Shown: positions 10,150 through 18,244 of the stretch, in pieces
How the letters are laid out: each line of letters opens with the position of its first letter
How positions within the stretch are numbered: position 1 is the stretch's first letter
Source: a bacterium
GTDB lineage: Bacteria > Zhuqueibacterota > Zhuqueibacteria > Zhuqueibacterales > Zhuqueibacteraceae
NCBI GenBank assembly: GCA_044869275.1
Contig: JBIOXB010000230.1
Coordinates: forward strand, 1-64,000
Direction: 5' to 3'
Length of the DNA stretch: 64,000 nucleotides
Position numbers and translations under genes: made by a program
The notes under the pieces: model-generated
Database searches by the model: none
Told to the model about the DNA's origin: nothing
What the model saw: the letters and a program-made list of their open reading frames with translations, nothing else

Positions 10150-11817
10150 CTATTTGAAAATGGGGACGAGGCGAAGCTTGTCAGGAACTTTGTTGAGTTT
10201 TCTTGTCGGCGCTGTGGCCTGCGGGTCGTCGCCGAGCTTGCAGCCCTGCTCGCCGAGAAGATCATAGGTCAAACCCTGGAAAGCCGACACTTCGCGCGCC
10301 AGCCCGGCAAAAACATCCTGCGCTTCGAAGTACAGAATGGGCGCTCCCAGCTCACGGCCGAGGCGTTTCACAATCTGCCATTCCGGCAAGGCCTCGCCGA
10401 GAGGATCGACGGCCTTGTGAAGCCTTTGCACGCGATCGGCAAAATTCGTGATCGTGCCGTCTTTCTCCGCCCACGCCGCGGCGGGCAAAACGATATGCGC
10501 CATGGCGCTGGTGGCGCCTTGGTGGGTGCCGGCAAAAATGATCGTGGGCACGTTTTGCAGGACGCTGGCGACAAACTCCTGATCGAAGCCGGCGCTCAAA
10601 TCATGATGGAAGATCAACAGCACCGCGAGCTTGCCCGCGCGCGCTTCACGCAAGAGTTTGAAGGCAGCAACGCCATCGTCCGCGAACCCGAGCAACGTGG
10701 CTCCGCGCGTGTTGGGATGGCGGTCCGCTTTGAGCAGAAAATTGTCCTGCAGCGGCTTCTCCTTGGGCGTTACGGTGCCGGCAAGATTTTGAATGTTCAA
10801 TTTCGCGGCAAAGCGTTTGAGTGCGAACAAATCTTCGTTCGTCATCTGCGGCGAAGCAATCACGCCGACACGATCGGGTAACGCGTTTTTGATTTTCTCC
10901 GCTGCGGCTTCGAGCGCCACTTCCCACGTCGTGGTAATCCATTCTTCGCCGTTCTTCAGCAGGGGGGCGGTGAGACGCCGGGGATCATCGACACTTTTGA
11001 AAACGTACCGGCCGAGGTCGCACATCCACCATTGATTGACCTCGGGATTGAAGCGCGGCTTGAGGCGCACGACACGGCGGCCTTCGGCATGGTGCTTGCG
11101 CTCGTTGAGGGCATGCACTTGAATGTTGCAGCCGGTACTGCAGCCGGGACAAATCGAATCGGTCGCATCCAAATACCACACCCGCGCTTCGAAGCGAAAG
11201 TCCTTTTCCGTGAGCGCGCCCACGGGGCAGATGTCAACCGTATTTACCGCATAAAGATTGTCGAGTTTCTCACCGGGATAAGGCGCAAGCTCGGAGTGAT
11301 CGCCACGACTGAAAATGCCCAATTCGTGCGATTTGCTGATTTCATCGCAAAAGCGCACGCAGCGGCTACAGAGAATGCAACGTTCCTGATCGAGCATCAC
11401 GTGCGGACCGAGGTCGAGCGCCTTATTCTTCTTGACCTTGTCCTCGATCATCTTGCTGTCGTACTGGCCGAAGCGCATGTAATACTCTTGCAGCCAGCAT
11501 TCGCCCGCCTGGTCGCACACCGGGCAATCGAGCGGATGATTCACGAGCAGCAATTCCAATACGTCCTTGCGGCCGCGCAACGCTTTTTCGCTCTGGGTGT
11601 GCACCACCATGCCGTCCGCCACTGGCGTATAGCATGCCACCTGCAGCTTGGGCATTTTTTCAATTTCTACCAGGCAAATGCGGCACTGGCCAACGATGCT
11701 CAGCCCGGGATGATAGCAATAACGCGGCACTTCGATGCCGAGCTTGTCCGCGGCTTGAATCACGGTGGTGCCGGGATCGACTGCAACTTGTTTTCCGTCA
11801 ATGGTGAGGGTGGGCAT
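10150..11817 (-). CDS. nuoG: NADH-quinone oxidoreductase subunit G (short, 555 aa)
   Basis: PRYCYHPGLSIVGQCRICLV, NHPLDCPVCDQAGECWLQ, RCILCSRCVRFC, CPGCSTGC. Confidence 0.93.
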   Translation of the reverse strand: MPTLTIDGKQVAVDPGTTVIQAADKLGIEVPRYCYHPGLSIVGQCRICLVEIEKMPKLQVACYTPVADGMVVHTQSEKALRGRKDVLELLLVNHPLDCPVCDQAGECWLQEYYMRFGQYDSKMIEDKVKKNKALDLGPHVMLDQERCILCSRCVRFCDEISKSHELGIFSRGDHSELAPYPGEKLDNLYAVNTVDICPVGALTEKDFRFEARVWYLDATDSICPGCSTGCNIQVHALNERKHHAEGRRVVRLKPRFNPEVNQWWMCDLGRYVFKSVDDPRRLTAPLLKNGEEWITTTWEVALEAAAEKIKNALPDRVGVIASPQMTNEDLFALKRFAAKLNIQNLAGTVTPKEKPLQDNFLLKADRHPNTRGATLLGFADDGVAAFKLLREARAGKLAVLLIFHHDLSAGFDQEFVASVLQNVPTIIFAGTHQGATSAMAHIVLPAAAWAEKDGTITNFADRVQRLHKAVDPLGEALPEWQIVKRLGRELGAPILYFEAQDVFAGLAREVSAFQGLTYDLLGEQGCKLGDDPQATAPTRKLNKVPDKLRLVPIFK

Positions 11818-11825
11818 GATGGATT

Positions 11826-11960
11826 TCAGTAAACCTCGTCGTGGGTTCCAATCGTTTTAAACAGAATCGCTTCTTTCCCTGCGTACTCGACAAACTAAAA
11901 AATTTACCAGATCATTATCTGTGCGGCAAGCCCGGGAGCAATCTCCAACACCTTTCAGAT
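11826..11960 (-). pseudogene. Decayed 3' fragment of a RelE/YafQ-like toxin gene
   Basis: Minus frame reads IF*FVEYAGKEAILFKTIGTHDEVY-stop. IGTHDEVY is a typical RelE/StbE-type C-terminus; upstream LKG..AC..DL remnants lie in another frame. Confidence 0.65.
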
Positions 11961-11966
11961 TCTGCC

Positions 11967-13271
11967 TCACAGTGCGGCTTTCGTTCCCGGCTTCCAGTTC
12001 GCAAACTCGCCGGTGTGGCACTTGCCGAAGTTTGCGTGCGCTTCAAATTCCTCGCGATATTTCTTCAAGAAACCGAACACTGGCATGGCCGCGGCGTCGC
12101 CGAGCGGGCAAATGGTGTTGCCCATAATGCCGTTGGCGATGTTCCAAAGATTGTCGACATCTTCCTTCCGGCCGCCGCCGCGCTGCAGGCGATGAAAGAT
12201 CTTGTCCATCCAACCCGTGCCTTCGCGGCAGGGCGTGCACTGGCCGCAGCTTTCGTGATGATAGAAACGCGAGGTCACGAGCAACACCTCGAGCAGGCAC
12301 GTATCTTCATCCATCACGATCACGCCGGCGGAACCGATCATCGAGCCAATGGCCGCGAGCGAATCCACGTCCATCTTCACGTCGATTTCCTCAGGACGCA
12401 ACACCGGTGAAGAAGACCCGCCGGGAATGACGGCTTTCAATTTCTTGCCGTTGCGCACCCCGCCGGCATGCGTGTAAATGATGTCACGCAGCGCCGTGCC
12501 GTGCGGCAATTCATAGACCCCGGGCTTGTTGACGTGGCCGCTCACGCTGTAAAAACGATAGCCGCCGTTTTTATCGCTGCCTTGTTTCGCAAACCACTCG
12601 CCGCCGTTCTGAATAATGCTCGGCACGTAAGCAATGGTTTCGACATTGTTGACGATGGTCGGGCAACGAAACAGGCCTTCGATCGCGGGGAAAGGCGGTT
12701 TCATGCGCGGCCAGCCTTTTTTTCCTTCGAGCGATTCGAGCAGCGCGGTTTCTTCGCCGCAAATGTACGCGCCCGCACCGCGGTGAACGTAAAGATTCAG
12801 CTCGTAATCCGTGCCAAGTATGTTTTTACCGAGAATGCCATTCTGGTAGGCTTCATCGATGGCCGCCTGCAAAATGCGCGCGGGCTCGACGTACTCTCCT
12901 CGAATATAAATGTAGCTCGTGTGCGCGTTGATCGCTTTGGAAGCGATAATGATGCCCTCGATCAACGCATGCGAGGCGCCGGTAATAATGTACCGGTCTT
13001 TAAACGTGCCCGGCTCGCTTTCGTCCGCGTTGATGACGAGATACTTCGGCTTGGGCGAATCCTTGGGAATAAAGCTCCATTTGCGCCCGGTGGGAAAGCC
13101 CGCGCCGCCGAGTCCGCGCAAATTGGATTTCATCGCTTCCTGTATCACTTCCTCGGAAGTCATCTGCAACGCCTTTTTCGCGGCGGCATACCCGCCGGCG
13201 TTGAGATAATTTTTGAGATGCTGACATTGCTGCTTGATCAAAGGGGTCAGAATGCCGCCGTTGGGGGTCAT
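11967..13271 (-). CDS. nuoF: NADH-quinone oxidoreductase subunit F
   Basis: LRGLGGAGFPTG, NADESEPGTFKDR, GAGAYICGEETAL, ESCGQCTPCREG. Start placed at ATG 13271 (AGGA upstream); the ORF extends to 13310. Confidence 0.96.
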   Translation of the reverse strand: MTPNGGILTPLIKQQCQHLKNYLNAGGYAAAKKALQMTSEEVIQEAMKSNLRGLGGAGFPTGRKWSFIPKDSPKPKYLVINADESEPGTFKDRYIITGASHALIEGIIIASKAINAHTSYIYIRGEYVEPARILQAAIDEAYQNGILGKNILGTDYELNLYVHRGAGAYICGEETALLESLEGKKGWPRMKPPFPAIEGLFRCPTIVNNVETIAYVPSIIQNGGEWFAKQGSDKNGGYRFYSVSGHVNKPGVYELPHGTALRDIIYTHAGGVRNGKKLKAVIPGGSSSPVLRPEEIDVKMDVDSLAAIGSMIGSAGVIVMDEDTCLLEVLLVTSRFYHHESCGQCTPCREGTGWMDKIFHRLQRGGGRKEDVDNLWNIANGIMGNTICPLGDAAAMPVFGFLKKYREEFEAHANFGKCHTGEFANWKPGTKAAL

Positions 13272-13338
13272 GTTCAAGTAATTCCTTTGCGATAAAACAT
13301 GCTGAAGCAATCACACAGCCGAACGTTCCTGCAAAAAT

Positions 13339-13671
13339 TTACTGCTCTGAAGCGGTAATTTCTATTCCTGTTCGCTTAATATCGAGAACAATCGGCAAAT
13401 TCTCTTGCTCGAATTCTTCGGGCGAAAAACAAACCGGTTCCAAGTCAACATTGTAACGCGACGCTCGGCTGAAGATTTTCAGATTGATGGCAATCGAATT
13501 TTCGGCAGTGAGTGCGGATGTGACAATGGCCAGATCGATATCCGAGTAGTCACTACTTCGACCGGTAGCATGCGAGCCAAACAAATATGCTCGATCTATG
13601 GGAAGCTCCTGTCGAATCCTCTCCAGAAACGCGCGGATTACGGCAATGGCTTCATCTTTTGTGTAAGCCAT
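13339..13671 (-). CDS. Minimal nucleotidyltransferase (MNT; antitoxin-type)
   Basis: AYLFGSHATG....SDIDLAIV (GS-X10-DXD); overlaps the HEPN gene. Confidence 0.92.
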   Translation of the reverse strand: MAYTKDEAIAVIRAFLERIRQELPIDRAYLFGSHATGRSSDYSDIDLAIVTSALTAENSIAINLKIFSRASRYNVDLEPVCFSPEEFEQENLPIVLDIKRTGIEITASEQ

Positions 13672-14057
13672 GTGATCAAACCCTCGGTTTTGCTCAAGTA
13701 TTCCTTTGCTTCCCTCTTGCCTATTGCCTTGGAAAGAGCTTCGATGGTTTCCTTATAACGTGCATTCAAATAATATCCGCTGAGATTTTCGATTAACGTA
13801 AGTGCTTCCTCATTAAATTCATGCAAGAGGCCTGTGAGCTCAGCCAACTTTGGAAGGTGATGAATCGGCTTGGTCTCTTTGCTTTGAAATGTCAAAATCG
13901 CTTTCAGCGTCTTCTCGACTGCCTACTGACACATAAAAATCACGTAAAGATAGCGGCCAGTTCTGTACATCGCTCGCGCGGTTTCAAAATCGTAGTCGAC
14001 CCTTTCCATCCAGATTTTCACTGCAGGGGGCCATTTCACTTTGTTGGCTTTTCGCAT
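13638..14057 (-). pseudogene. HEPN-domain gene with an in-frame amber stop
   Basis: MRKANKVKWPPAVKIWMERVDYDFETARAMYRTGRYLYVIFMCQ*AVEKTLKAIL...HHLPKLAE...YYLNARY; TAG at 13923-13925 sits in the conserved CQQAVEK motif. Confidence 0.85.
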
Positions 14058-14154
14058 GCACTATTTCAAAACTCGCTTAAGACATCACGCAGCCAAACGA
14101 TCCTGTACGTGTTTTTGCAGAAGCGTTAGCCTTTCTTGACTCAGAAATTGATCC

Positions 14155-14217
14155 TCGCAAAAACGGCTCAAAATCTACAATCTTCTGCTCACCACTCGAG
14201 AATTCCAATTCGTAATT
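14155..14217 (-). pseudogene. Short DUF2442-like fragment
   Basis: NYELEFSSGEQKIVDFEPFLR resembles the Y.L.L.F.DG..K.VD..PFL start of DUF2442 proteins. Confidence 0.45.
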
Positions 14218-14395
14218 TGTCCTCGTCAATACCAATATAAAGTTCACCTCCATCAGCGTTTGCAAATGCCGAGATGTGTCTCGTCAGCTTTCCTGGCGTT
14301 ATTTCAATTGCTTTTAAGTCAACAAAGTGACCTTCTTCCAATTGAAGTATGCGGTTTTTTTGCTCCAAACTTATTGTCGAACTCTCAATCGCCAT
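14189..14395 (-). pseudogene. N-terminal fragment of an AlbA_2 (Schlafen-like) domain gene
   Basis: EEGHFVDLK...ISAFANADGGELYIGIDED, then similarity is lost and the frame stops. Confidence 0.75.
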
Positions 14396-14490
14396 AATTA
14401 CAGCCAATGTTATTAGGCTTGAATTGCAAGTGGTAGATAATCAGGAAACTCATCAATCTTATCTCGTTAAATCTCGAGAAAGCGCTTACC

Positions 14491-14991
14491 TCAACTTGTT
14501 TTATTCCAGTCATGATTCAACTCCGCCAAAATCCCATCAATCTTCTCCGGCGTGAGATGATCGACGTATTTTTCATTCAACTGCATCATCGGAGCAGTTT
14601 CGCAGGAGGCGAGGCATTCGACGGTCGTGATCGTGTACTTGCCGTCGGCGGAGGTTTCGCCATCTTTGAGGCCAAGTTTCTTTTCCAGATGCGACAAGAT
14701 TTCGCGCTGCCCGCGCAACGTGCAGGAAATCGTGCGGCAGAGCTGGAAATGATGCTTACCGGCCGGCTTTTGGCGAAACCAGGTGTAGAACGACAGCACT
14801 TCTTTCACCTTCACCACCGGCACGCTGACCAGCGCGGCGATGTCGTCTTCCATGTCCTCGGGCACGCAACCTTTTTCCTCTTGCACGATGTGCAGAATCG
14901 GCAGCAGCGCCGCGCGCTTGTGCGCGGCCGGATAATGCTTGATCACTTCGGCAATACGATCTAACGAAGCCGGCGACAAATTCAAGCTCAT
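14491..14991 (-). CDS. nuoE: NADH-quinone oxidoreductase subunit E
   Basis: ALLPILHIVQ, SFYTWF, CRTISCTLRG, VECLASCETAPMMQ; ATGA overlap with the nuoCD stop. Confidence 0.95.
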   Translation of the reverse strand: MSLNLSPASLDRIAEVIKHYPAAHKRAALLPILHIVQEEKGCVPEDMEDDIAALVSVPVVKVKEVLSFYTWFRQKPAGKHHFQLCRTISCTLRGQREILSHLEKKLGLKDGETSADGKYTITTVECLASCETAPMMQLNEKYVDHLTPEKIDGILAELNHDWNKTS

Positions 14992-16859
14992 CGGTCCAAC
15001 TCTCCCGCGATCATATTCACCGTACCGAAGGTCGCCACGATATCCGCCACGGCGTCTCCGGCAATCATCTTGTGAAAACCCGACATCAACGCAAAACATG
15101 GCGGCCGCACATCGACACGATAGGGCTTGTCGCCGCCATCACTAATGACGTAAAAGCCCAACTCGCCGTTGGCACCCTCGACCGCTTGATACGCCTCGCC
15201 CACCGGCGGCCGGATGCCGTAGCCTTCCATGATGAGCATGAAATGATTCATCAGACCCTCGATGCTGCCATAGACTTTTTCTTTGGCAGGCAGCACCACT
15301 TGCTTATCGTCCGGAAAGATGAGCCGGCGCGTGGAAGCGTTGCCGCCGGACAGCGTGGGGTCGGTCACCGCGCGCAATTGCAGCAATTCATGCGTCTGGC
15401 CGAACTTGCCGCGATCGGCCATTTCGCTTGCAGGAATTTCCTTACCCTCTTGATCGACGTTGATCGCGCCGGCAGGAATTTGTTCGAGACATTGCTCGAG
15501 AATTCTTGCGCTCTGCTCGATTTCTTCCATGCGCACGAGATAGCGATCATAATTGTCGCCGTATTGGCCGTAGGGAATATCGAAATCCAGGCGGTCATAC
15601 ACCAGATAGGGTTCGGCTTTGCGCACGTCGTAATCAATGCCGCAGGCGCGCAGCATCGGCCCGGTGAAGCCGTACGTCATCGCCGTTTCCTTTTCGACCA
15701 CGCCCGTGCCTTTCATGCGATCGACGAAGATGCGATTGCGCGTGACCAGCGTATGCATCTCCTTCATAGCCTTGTGCAATTCTTTGAGAATCTTGCGCAA
15801 ATTATCCGTGAACGTCGGCGTCAAATCCGCTTTTACACCGCCGATGCGCAGATAGGAAACCGTCAGGCGTGCCCCGGTGATTTCTTCCACCAATTCGTAG
15901 AGCATGTCGCGCACTTTGATGAAATACAAAAAGCCGGTCATGGCGCCGAGCTCCATGGTATTCGCGCCGATGCAGGTGAGATGGTCGGTGATGCGCGAGA
16001 TCTCGGACATGAGCACGCGAATGTATTGGCAGCGCGGCGTGGTTTCCAGGCCCATCAATTTCTCGACCGCCATGGCATAGCCGACATTGTTGATCAGCGG
16101 CGAGACGTAATTCAAACGATCGGTGTAGGGGAACACTTGATTCCAGGTCACCGCTTCCGCGTCTTTTTCAAACGCGCGATGCAAATAACCGATGGCGACC
16201 TCGGCGGACTCAACGATTTCGCCCTCCAGTTCCAGCAGCAGGTGAATCACGCCGTGCATGGCCGGATGTGAAGGCCCCATGTTGAGCAGCATGTTGGTCG
16301 AGTTCTTGCCGGTTTGAGGGCCTTTGATGCGAAAACTCGAGGTGTGGCCGTTCGTGCCATTCTGGCCCGGCGCCGCCGGCTTTTCGTTGCTGACCAGCGG
16401 GTGGCGGCGATTGATGGGATAATCCTTGCGCAGCGGGTGGCCTTTGAATTCGTCATACATCAAAATACGGCGCAGGTCGGGATGATGCTTGAAGCGAATG
16501 CCGAACAAATCCCACACTTCGCGCTCGTACCAATTCGCCCCCGCCCAAATATCACTCACCGTCGGCACGGTCGGATCGAATTCCGGCACGGGCACGCGCA
16601 AGATCAGCCGCACTTTTTCCGGATACGCGAAAAGATTGTAGATGACTTCGTAACGCTGTTTTGCGCCCGGAAATTTCATCCGATCCACGCCGACAAGGTC
16701 CATCAAGAAATTGAACGCGGGGCGATGTTCCGTGAGCAAATACCGGCACAGGTGGGGCAGAATCTCGCGCTCGACCAGCAAGGCATTGCCGGTTTTCGGC
16801 GCATCCGTGAGCTGAACACTCGCGGGAAATTTTTGGACAATCTCTTCGAGCCAGGACAT
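14988..16859 (-). CDS. nuoCD: Fused NADH-quinone oxidoreductase subunit C/D
   Basis: NuoC part (ANWYEREVWDLFG...GHPLRKDYP) fused to NuoD part (NMGPSHPAMHG, YTDRLNY, AGELDR). Confidence 0.95.
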   Translation of the reverse strand: MSWLEEIVQKFPASVQLTDAPKTGNALLVEREILPHLCRYLLTEHRPAFNFLMDLVGVDRMKFPGAKQRYEVIYNLFAYPEKVRLILRVPVPEFDPTVPTVSDIWAGANWYEREVWDLFGIRFKHHPDLRRILMYDEFKGHPLRKDYPINRRHPLVSNEKPAAPGQNGTNGHTSSFRIKGPQTGKNSTNMLLNMGPSHPAMHGVIHLLLELEGEIVESAEVAIGYLHRAFEKDAEAVTWNQVFPYTDRLNYVSPLINNVGYAMAVEKLMGLETTPRCQYIRVLMSEISRITDHLTCIGANTMELGAMTGFLYFIKVRDMLYELVEEITGARLTVSYLRIGGVKADLTPTFTDNLRKILKELHKAMKEMHTLVTRNRIFVDRMKGTGVVEKETAMTYGFTGPMLRACGIDYDVRKAEPYLVYDRLDFDIPYGQYGDNYDRYLVRMEEIEQSARILEQCLEQIPAGAINVDQEGKEIPASEMADRGKFGQTHELLQLRAVTDPTLSGGNASTRRLIFPDDKQVVLPAKEKVYGSIEGLMNHFMLIMEGYGIRPPVGEAYQAVEGANGELGFYVISDGGDKPYRVDVRPPCFALMSGFHKMIAGDAVADIVATFGTVNMIAGELDR

Positions 16860-16896
16860 GATGTATCCATCAATTCAAATTTATGGCGAAGGCTTT

Positions 16897-16960
16897 TTAC
16901 GTGTTACGTTTTACGGATTACCTCATGGGCAAATGGTAATGCGTAATGCACAATCCGTAA
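16897..16960. repeat. Intergenic heptamer repeats in inverted arrangement
   Basis: TTACGTG TTACGTT TTACGGA TTAC ... GGTAATG CGTAATG CACAATC CGTAAAA. Confidence 0.65.
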
Positions 16961-16971
16961 AAAAGAGGGGC

Positions 16972-17448
16972 TCAATACTCCTGCTTCTGTTTCTGAATTT
17001 TCTCCTGCAACAGCATCAAGCCTTGCAGCACCGTTTCCGGCCGCGGCGGGCACCCGGGAATATAAACATCGACCGGCAGGATCGTGTCGATGCCTTGTAC
17101 GGTCGAATAATTGTCATAAAAACCGCCGGTGCAGGTGCACACGCCGAAGGCCACCACCCATTTCGGCTCACACATTTGATCGTAAATCCGGCGCAGGATC
17201 GGCGCGATCTTTTGGCTGATGGTCCCCACCACGAAGAGCACATCGGCCTGCCGCGGCGTGAATCGCGGCAAGGCCGCGCCGAAACGATCGACGTCATAAT
17301 GCGACCCGGCGGTGGCCATGTATTCCATGCCGCAGCATGCCGTGACGAAAGGATATTGGAAGATCGAATACTTGCGCGCCCAGCCCACGGCCTGGTCGAG
17401 GCGCGAAGTCACGAAATTGTCTCCACCAAAAAGGCTTTTCATTCCCAT
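16972..17448 (-). CDS. nuoB: NADH-quinone oxidoreductase subunit B (first copy)
   Basis: [39 protein letters not shown]. Confidence 0.95.
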   Translation of the reverse strand: MGMKSLFGGDNFVTSRLDQAVGWARKYSIFQYPFVTACCGMEYMATAGSHYDVDRFGAALPRFTPRQADVLFVVGTISQKIAPILRRIYDQMCEPKWVVAFGVCTCTGGFYDNYSTVQGIDTILPVDVYIPGCPPRPETVLQGLMLLQEKIQKQKQEY

Positions 17449-17792
17449 TCTAATGCACCTCGCTTCCACGCATACGCCAAACCCAAAATCAAAATGCTGA
17501 TAAAGGTCAACATGCTGAAAAATCCGGCCGCGCCCAATTCTCGGAACACGGCAGCCCAGGGAAAGAGAAACACGATTTCGATATCGAAGAGCACGAACAA
17601 AATCGCGATGAGATAAAAGCGGATCACGTGCCGCTCACTGGGCCGCGAAATCGGGTCCCAGCCGCATTCGAAAGGAACTTCCTTGATGGGATTGCTGCGT
17701 TTGGGCCCCAACCAGGAAGAGAGCGTCAAAATCAAAACGACCAAGCCACCGACGACGGCAAAGGTTGTGATCACTGCCAGCAGACTGCTCAT
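17439..17792 (-). CDS. nuoA: NADH-quinone oxidoreductase subunit A
   Basis: PFECG, RFYLIAILFVLFDIEIVFLFPWA, YAWKRGALEW. Confidence 0.97.
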   Translation of the reverse strand: MSSLLAVITTFAVVGGLVVLILTLSSWLGPKRSNPIKEVPFECGWDPISRPSERHVIRFYLIAILFVLFDIEIVFLFPWAAVFRELGAAGFFSMLTFISILILGLAYAWKRGALEWE

Positions 17793-17965
17793 ATGGACCT
17801 CGTCAAGTTGACCCTATTCATGCGACTCCGGATGATTTTCTCAAAATTTGCGTATGAGGGCATTTTCGAAATACTAATGATCACCACCTTTGTTGTATTT
17901 ACTGATGCTTTGTTCACATCGGGAGAGCGCACAATTATACTTAAGTATAGTTCCTCACCTCCAAA

Positions 17966-18223
17966 TTATACTTTTTCGCTCGAAGGTATAATTTGATTTT
18001 TCAAATCATCAAGCTCACCGGTGATAAATAAAATTTTTACAGCAATAAATACTTTCCCATATCCTTCCTTAAGTCGAAATAGAATTTTTTCTTCCACAAA
18101 TGAAAGCTGGCCGGCTTCGTAAACATATAGATCCGTTAGATCGGCTTGAGTTCCTTCAATGCGTGAAGACAAAACGGCTTCTCGTCTAATGAAAGGTCTG
18201 ATCAGCAATTGCGGATTGGGCAT
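17966..18223 (-). pseudogene. Fic-family N-terminal fragment joined to unrelated AT-rich sequence
   Basis: PNPQLLIRPFIRREAVLSSRIEGTQA is the Fic N-terminal (S/T)xxxE(G/N) region; no HPFxDGNGR catalytic motif follows. Confidence 0.78.
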
Positions 18224-18244
18224 AGTGCGCCATGCTCATTTCAT

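Larger units (their letters stand above)
13294..14105. repeat. 38-bp imperfect direct repeat (13294-13331 and 14068-14105) flanking the HEPN/MNT pair
   Basis: aaaacatgctgaagcaatcacacagccgaacgttcctg vs aaaactcgcttaagacatcacgcagccaaacgatcctg; 30/38 identical with no gaps. Confidence 0.8.

Noticed and set aside
13923..13925. Amber recoding (pyrrolysine or alternative code) in the HEPN gene
   Set aside because: TAG is a normal stop for conserved genes in this window (ETF-QO, second nuoD, nuoG), and a single CAG-to-TAG change explains it.
13294..14490. Integron or prophage/IS origin for the toxin-antitoxin inserts
   Set aside because: No integrase, transposase, attC-like GTTRRRY/RYYYAAC pairing or phage gene was recognised in the window.
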